From: Anaerolineae bacterium
GTDB lineage: Bacteria; Chloroflexota; Anaerolineae; CG2-30-64-16
DNA length: 64,000 bases
Reading direction: 5' to 3'
Assembly (NCBI GenBank): GCA_038214535.1
Contig: JBBQRS010000012.1
Coordinates: 517-64,516, forward strand
Below the pieces are notes generated by a model. The model searched no databases. It was given only the letters and a program-made list of their open reading frames with translations, and was not told where the DNA came from. Positions 58,779-64,000 of the stretch are shown here, piece after piece. Numbering within the stretch: the first letter of the stretch is position 1; each line of letters begins with the position of its first letter. The position numbers and the translations under genes were made by a program.

Positions 58779-59621
58779 ATGGCTGACGCGCTCACGCTCG
58801 ACATCAGCGGTCTGAAGATCTCCGTCGGCATCCCCCATCCCGATTGGCGCCCCGGCTTGGCCGAACGCTATGCCGCCTTCCTGAGCGACGACTCGCCGCG
58901 CTGGCGCGTGGATTTGCGCCACGACCCGGCGCTCACAGACACCGAGCATCCCTGGCTGCGCCACCACGGCGCGCTTTCGGTCTTCCGGGTTAACGCCTAC
59001 GCCGGCTGGATAGATATGGCGCGCCGCGCCGGATCGGTCGCCACGCCTTCCCACGCGCGGGCCGTCTCCGCCCTCGAACGCACGTTGGCCTACGTCTGTA
59101 TGCAGGCCCTGCCGCGTGAATACGATGCGCTCCTGCTCCACAGCGTCGGCGTTGAGGTGGGCGGACAAGGTCACGTTTTCTTTGGGCCGTCCGGCGCGGG
59201 CAAAACCATGATTGCGCGTTTGAGCGCAGGCTTCGGGCGTATCCTCAGCGATGAAAGCATCATCCTCCGTGACACCGGCGACGGCATCGCCCTCGACAGC
59301 ACCCCCTTCTGGGGCCTCAGCACGCCCCCGGAGATGGTGCATCGGGTGCGCCGCACGCTACCCCTCACGGCGCTCTACACGCTCGTCCACGCCCCCACCT
59401 TCGAATTGGAACGTCTGCGCCCGTGGGAGGCCGTCTCGACTTTGCTGAACACCGAGAAGGTCGCCGTAGAGCGCGTCGAAAGCGCCACAGTCTGGCTCTC
59501 CATCGTCGAGCGCATCCTGGCGCGCGTGCCGGTCTACCGGCTCAGTTTTCCGCCAACGGCCGATCTCTGGCCGTTCCTCAAATCCGCGCTCCCTGAACGT
59601 GCGTCGCCGCCGGCCGCCTGA
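58779..59621 (+). CDS. HPr kinase/phosphorylase C-terminal-domain-like P-loop protein (putative peptide kinase)
   Basis: P-loop GPSGAGKT preceded by LLLHSVGVEVGGQGHVFFG, like the HprK C-domain. GGAGG RBS. The start overlaps the upstream stop region. Confidence 0.5.
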   Translation: MADALTLDISGLKISVGIPHPDWRPGLAERYAAFLSDDSPRWRVDLRHDPALTDTEHPWLRHHGALSVFRVNAYAGWIDMARRAGSVATPSHARAVSALERTLAYVCMQALPREYDALLLHSVGVEVGGQGHVFFGPSGAGKTMIARLSAGFGRILSDESIILRDTGDGIALDSTPFWGLSTPPEMVHRVRRTLPLTALYTLVHAPTFELERLRPWEAVSTLLNTEKVAVERVESATVWLSIVERILARVPVYRLSFPPTADLWPFLKSALPERASPPAA

Positions 59622-59624
59622 ACG

Positions 59625-60089
59625 ATGCCCACGTCTTCCATCCCGCAGCACCGCGAGGCCGCGGCCTGGGTCCCCCTCCTGCTGGAGATCCTCAACCAGA
59701 AGGGGCGCTGCCGCTGGCCCTTACGCGGCCAGAGTATGCTGCCCACCCTGCCCTCCGACTGCGAGATTGACGTCGCGCCGCTGCCGTTCGACGTGCCGCT
59801 CGGTTCGCTGATCGTCTTCGCCAACGGCGACGCGCTGGTCGCCCATCGGCTGGTGCGGCGCGCCGGCGCCAAATGGATCGCGCAGGGCGACCACCGTCGC
59901 AGTCCCGACAGAGGGCTTGATCCCGCCCAGGTATTGGGCATCGTGCGCGCAGCCTACCTTCCGAACGGGGAACAATGCTGGCCGCCGGCCTTGTCCGGCG
60001 CGCTGGCGTGGTATTGGATTGCGCGCTATCATATGTATCGAGCGGCGCGCTTCGCCATTCGCGCGATGTACGGTCGTCCCAGAGGATAG
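59625..60089 (+). CDS. S24/S26-family (signal peptidase I / LexA-like) peptidase
   Basis: GQSMLPTL Ser-nucleophile motif and a downstream conserved basic residue region (AHRLVRR). 154 aa. Confidence 0.45.
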   Translation: MPTSSIPQHREAAAWVPLLLEILNQKGRCRWPLRGQSMLPTLPSDCEIDVAPLPFDVPLGSLIVFANGDALVAHRLVRRAGAKWIAQGDHRRSPDRGLDPAQVLGIVRAAYLPNGEQCWPPALSGALAWYWIARYHMYRAARFAIRAMYGRPRG

Positions 60090-60195
60090 CTCGTGTGTAG
60101 ATGGGGATTGGGAACCATAACCAGGAACCACAAGGCCGATTGCGGCGTCAAATCGAGTAAGAGCGGGTATGCCCACCCGTTAAAATTTAGAATCT

Positions 60196-60248
60196 ATCCG
60201 CAGATTCCGTAGTCTAGCCCCTTGTGGGCGTTCGCGACGTGCGCGGAT
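60196..60248. repeat. Intergenic hairpin repeat, copy 3 of 3 (core GTAGTCTAGCCCCTTGTGGGCG + TTCGCGACG)
   Basis: The core is identical to copy 1. The TTCGCGACG extension is shared with copy 2. Flanked by the inverted ATCCGC/GCGGAT. Confidence 0.6.
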
Positions 60249-60291
60249 ATGATTGTTAGCGTCACAGGGTTGTTCATGAAGGAGGGTTGCA

Positions 60292-63200
60292 ATGTCGCGT
60301 CTCTTTAAGCTCATAGGGATGATCATACTGGCAGGTCTGCTGGGCGGTTGCACTGCGGGCCTGACACCAGACAGCCCGCCCACACAATCTTCCAGCACAG
60401 GCACAACGTCCGTGCGCGTCATCCGAGCGGCGCAGTTCACGGATTCCGGCCCGATCAGTGAGGGCGGCCCGACAACCGGGCTGCAATTCAGCCTGACCCG
60501 GGGTCAGGAACAGCCGGAGTCTTCCGCGCCCATCACGCAGGCGGTTACTTCGCCGCTCAAGCCGGCCGAGGTGGACGCCCTCCTGCAACGCCTGCCGCCC
60601 CTGGCGAAGGCGACCGGCGATGTGCAAGACCTGGCGCTGCCGCCAACCACCATTCCGCCACCGCGCACCGGCGCCACAGTCAATGAACCTTTCCCGCCGC
60701 CCGCCACGCCGCCTCCCACCGTGCTGCCAGAGAACACGCCGCTCGAGGTCTTGCGCTACGCACCCGAAGGCGACGTGCCGCTGGCCGCCAACCTCAGCGT
60801 GACCTTCAACCAGCCCATGGTCGCGCTGACCGGTCTGCAAGACCTGGGTAACGCGCCGCCGCCCGTGCAACTCTCACCGCTGCCGCCCGGCCAATGGCGT
60901 TGGGTGGGCACAAACACGCTGCTCTACGAACCGGACCCGCGCTTCCCCATGGCGACCCGTTACACCGTCGAAGTTCCTGCGGGCACAAAATCGGCCACAG
61001 GTAACACGCTTGCCAGGGCCGTCACCTGGACCTTCACCACGCCGCCACCGCAGGTGTTGCAATTCTCGCCCACGGGCAGCGGCCTGCCCCTCGACCCACT
61101 GATGGTCGCAACCTTCGACCAGAGAATTGACCCCGATGCCGTACTCGCCGCGATCCAGGTGAAAGCCAATGGCGCAGCCACGCCGATCCGACTGGCGACC
61201 GCCGCCGAACTCGACGGCGACAGGACCGCCGGCGCACTGATCGAGGACGCAGGCGAAGACCGCTGGATCGCCTTCCGCGCGCAAGAGCCATTCGCACCTG
61301 CCGCTTCCGTAACGGTTACGTTTGGCTCCGGCCTGCCCTCCGCGGAAGGCCCGCTGAAGACCGAGAAGCCCCAGGAGTTCAGCTTCGAGACGCACGGCCC
61401 GCTCGCCGTGGTGCGCAGCCAATGCGGATGGGATAGCAACTGCCCGCCGCTCATGCCCTGGAACATCGAGTTCAGCAACCCGCTGAATCCTGACGTATTC
61501 GACGCGTCGCAAGTGAGCATCACCCCGGAGCTTCCGAATACCGTCATCCAGATTTTCGGCAACACGCTCCAGATTCAGGGCCGCAGCCAGGGACGCATGC
61601 AGTACAGCGTCCGCCTGAGCAGAACGATCCGCGATATTTACGAGCAAACGCTCGTTGAAGACCAGACCGTCGTCTTCAACGTTGGCGAGGCCAACCCGGC
61701 GATCTGGGCCGCAGGCACGCCCTTCGTCGTGCTCGACCCGGCCCTGCCGCCGCGCTTCTCCGTCTTCACGGTCAACTTCCCCCGGCTCGATGTCAAAGCC
61801 TACGCGGTCAAACCGGAGGACGGGCAAGCTTTCCAGCTTCATCTGCGATCCTACTATCGCGATGAAAAGCCGACCACACCGCCCGGACGCCTGGTCCTTT
61901 CCAAAAAGATCGAGGTCAAGTCGCAACCGGATCAACTGACGGAGACGACGATTGACCTCGACCCGGCCCTGAAGGACGGCAAGGGTCAACTCGTCCTCAT
62001 CATCACCCCGGAGACGACCGGCCTGACCCGGCTTCTCGAAATGTTCGGGGGTAGGCCGCCCGTGATCACGACGTGGGTTCAGGCCACCCAGATCGGCCTC
62101 GACGCATTCGTGGATAACACGGAAATGGTTGCCTGGGCCACCTCGCTGGCCGACGGCAAGCCGCTGCCGGACGTAGCGTTTGATCTCCTTGACGTGAATG
62201 GCAAGTCGCTCGGCGCGGGCGCGCGTTCGGATGCAGACGGAACCGCTCGCATTGCCCTCCGCCCGCAGACCGCCGCGACCCTGGTCGCGCGCCTGGGCGA
62301 CGATATGGCGATGCTGCCGGCGAACACCTACATGTGGGGCGACGGCGGCTGGACGGCGCAACCCGTCCGCGACCGACTGGCTTGGCACGTCTTCGATGAT
62401 CGCGGCATGTATCGCCCCGGCGAGGAAGTCCACGTCAAGGGCTGGCTCCGCCGGATCGGCGGCGGCGAGGACGGCGACGTTGGCGCGCTGCGCGGCGGGG
62501 TGGAATCCGTGAGCTACCGCGTCATGGATGCGCAGGGCAACCAGGTGGGGCAGGGTTCCGCCGATCTCAGCCCGCTCGGCGGGTTCGATTTGGCTTTCAC
62601 GTTGCCTGAGGGCATCAACCTGGGCTACACCACACTGGATCTGACCGCCGTGGGCAACCTGAATGACTTGGACGGCGCAAACTACGGCCACAACTTCCAG
62701 GTACAGGAGTTCCGTCGCCCCGAGTTTGAAGTCAAAACATCCGCGTCCGAAGGCCCGCACTTCGTCGGCGACGCCGCGACGCTGGAAGTGAGCGCCGCCT
62801 ACTATGCCGGCGGCCCTCTGCCCAACGCGCAGACCACCTGGCAGGTGAGCAGCGCCGCCGGTCAGTACTCGCCCCCCGGCTGGGACGATTTCACCTTCGG
62901 CCAATGGATCCCGTGGTGGCGCGGCTATCAGCCCTCGTTCCCTGCCATGGATAACACGCAGACTTTCGACGGGCTCACGGACGCCGCGGGCGTTCATCGG
63001 CTCCAGATCAACTTCGAGTCCGTCGAGCCGCCCGGCCCCAGCACGGTCACGGCGCAAGCCACCGTGATGGACGTCAACCGGCAGGCGTGGACTGCGCAGA
63101 CTACCCTGCTGGTGCATCCTGCATCGCTCTACGTCGGCCTGCGCAGCGACCGCATGTTCGTCGAGCGCGAAGAGCCGCTGCCTATCGAAGCCATCGTCAC

Positions 63201-64000
63201 CGACCTCGACGGTCGCCCCACAACGGGCGTGAAGATCACCATGCTCGCCGCGCGCATGGAGTGGCGCTACAAGAACGGTGAATGGCGCGAGGAAGCCGTC
63301 GCCCCGCAAAACTGCACCGTCGTATCGGCGGCGCAGCCCGTGCGTTGCACCTTCGAGACGCCGGAGGGCGGAACCTATCGTATCACGGCGGAAGTGACCG
63401 ACCCCGCAGGCCGCCGCAACCGCACGCAGTTCGACCGCTGGGTCAGCGGCGGCGGTGCGCCGCCCGCCCGCCAACTCGAGCAGGAAGAAGCCACGTTAAT
63501 CCCCGACCACAAGGACTATCAACCGGGCGATGTGGCCGAAATCCTGGTGCAATCGCCGTTCACCCCGGCAGAGGGTGTACTCACCCTGCGCCGGTCAGGC
63601 ATCATCAGCACGCAACAGTTCACCATGAACGAAGCCACCACGATCCTGCGCATCCCGATCGAGGAGGCCCACATCCCCAACCTCTACATGCAGGTTGACC
63701 TGGTCGGCTCCGCCCCGCGCCTGAACGCGAACGGCGAGGTAGATGAGAGCCTGCCGCGTCGGCCCGCCTTCGCATCGGGCCAACTCGCTCTGACCATCCC
63801 GCCGCTCAGCCGCACCCTCTCGGTGACGGTCGCGCCGCGCGACGAAAAGCTCGAGCCGGGCGGCGAAACCTCGATAGACGTCACCGTCCTGGATGCGGCC
63901 GGTCGCCCACAGGAACGCGCAGAGGTCACCGTGGTCGTCGTAGATGAGGCCATTCTCGCTCTCAGCAACTACCAGCTTCCCGACCCCATTGCGACCTTCT
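60292..64000 (+). CDS. Alpha-2-macroglobulin-family large lipoprotein, 3'-partial (continues beyond window)
   Basis: Lipobox LAGLLGGC after a signal peptide. The reading frame is uninterrupted for more than 1230 codons to the window end, with MG-domain-like beta-sandwich repeats. GGAGGG RBS. The 866-aa minus-strand ORF here is the antisense artifact. Confidence 0.65.
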   Translation, partial: MSRLFKLIGMIILAGLLGGCTAGLTPDSPPTQSSSTGTTSVRVIRAAQFTDSGPISEGGPTTGLQFSLTRGQEQPESSAPITQAVTSPLKPAEVDALLQRLPPLAKATGDVQDLALPPTTIPPPRTGATVNEPFPPPATPPPTVLPENTPLEVLRYAPEGDVPLAANLSVTFNQPMVALTGLQDLGNAPPPVQLSPLPPGQWRWVGTNTLLYEPDPRFPMATRYTVEVPAGTKSATGNTLARAVTWTFTTPPPQVLQFSPTGSGLPLDPLMVATFDQRIDPDAVLAAIQVKANGAATPIRLATAAELDGDRTAGALIEDAGEDRWIAFRAQEPFAPAASVTVTFGSGLPSAEGPLKTEKPQEFSFETHGPLAVVRSQCGWDSNCPPLMPWNIEFSNPLNPDVFDASQVSITPELPNTVIQIFGNTLQIQGRSQGRMQYSVRLSRTIRDIYEQTLVEDQTVVFNVGEANPAIWAAGTPFVVLDPALPPRFSVFTVNFPRLDVKAYAVKPEDGQAFQLHLRSYYRDEKPTTPPGRLVLSKKIEVKSQPDQLTETTIDLDPALKDGKGQLVLIITPETTGLTRLLEMFGGRPPVITTWVQATQIGLDAFVDNTEMVAWATSLADGKPLPDVAFDLLDVNGKSLGAGARSDADGTARIALRPQTAATLVARLGDDMAMLPANTYMWGDGGWTAQPVRDRLAWHVFDDRGMYRPGEEVHVKGWLRRIGGGEDGDVGALRGGVESVSYRVMDAQGNQVGQGSADLSPLGGFDLAFTLPEGINLGYTTLDLTAVGNLNDLDGANYGHNFQVQEFRRPEFEVKTSASEGPHFVGDAATLEVSAAYYAGGPLPNAQTTWQVSSAAGQYSPPGWDDFTFGQWIPWWRGYQPSFPAMDNTQTFDGLTDAAGVHRLQINFESVEPPGPSTVTAQATVMDVNRQAWTAQTTLLVHPASLYVGLRSDRMFVEREEPLPIEAIVTDLDGRPTTGVKITMLAARMEWRYKNGEWREEAVAPQNCTVVSAAQPVRCTFETPEGGTYRITAEVTDPAGRRNRTQFDRWVSGGGAPPARQLEQEEATLIPDHKDYQPGDVAEILVQSPFTPAEGVLTLRRSGIISTQQFTMNEATTILRIPIEEAHIPNLYMQVDLVGSAPRLNANGEVDESLPRRPAFASGQLALTIPPLSRTLSVTVAPRDEKLEPGGETSIDVTVLDAAGRPQERAEVTVVVVDEAILALSNYQLPDPIATF

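Noticed and set aside
60874-63474. 866-aa minus-strand ORF (Arg/Ala/Gly-rich)
   Set aside because: It is the antisense shadow of the + strand alpha-2-macroglobulin-like gene, which has a lipobox, an RBS and domain repeats. The composition is typical of a high-GC reverse-frame artifact.

Overview
High-GC bacterial chromosomal segment with dense, mostly co-directional coding. The gene content and the frequent GTG/TTG starts suggest a Chloroflexota-like organism, but this is inferred, not established. Layout: (i) 1-17.6 kb, housekeeping and metabolic genes: tandem deoxynucleoside kinases, an EF-G paralog, an amidohydrolase, a [2Fe-2S] ferredoxin, a phosphatase-methyltransferase fusion, UvdE, a hydantoinase-family protein, a C-S lyase, a minus-strand tRNA-Arg/tRNA-Ser/tRNA-Ser cluster next to serS, and an AGE-family epimerase. 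(ii) 18.2-46.3 kb, a ~28 kb single-strand cell-surface glycan locus: GT2 and GT4 transferases, a GT-C transferase, a WbaP-like initiating phosphotransferase, Wzm/Wzt, two Wzy/WaaL-family proteins, RmlC/RmlD, GalE/UXS-like enzymes, acetyl- and acyltransferases, a B12-binding radical SAM enzyme, and a BNR-like beta-propeller protein. (iii) 46.5-52.3 kb: a zinc-finger/TM/repeat/TolB-like protein, a Wzc-like tyrosine autokinase, and a secreted vWA protein with a PEP-CTERM-like tail. (iv) 52.3-60.1 kb, the most interesting part: a compact candidate RiPP cluster. Two 62-aa precursor peptide genes share an identical 47-residue C-terminal region; about 18 codons differ between them and all the changes are synonymous. 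They flank a PqqD-like RRE gene and a radical SAM/SPASM maturase gene. Downstream are a clan-CD (C25-like) secreted peptidase, a PF14907-type nucleotidyltransferase, an HPr-kinase-like P-loop protein and an S24/S26-type peptidase; the last two pairs are accessory genes known from lasso-peptide clusters, but no lasso B/C genes are present. (v) 60.3 kb to the window end: a partial alpha-2-macroglobulin-like lipoprotein. A 22-bp hairpin-associated repeat occurs three times in intergenic positions, at 20.25, 46.37 and 60.2 kb. I found no transposases, integrases or CRISPR arrays. Many long ORFs in the six-frame track are antisense artifacts typical of high-GC DNA.
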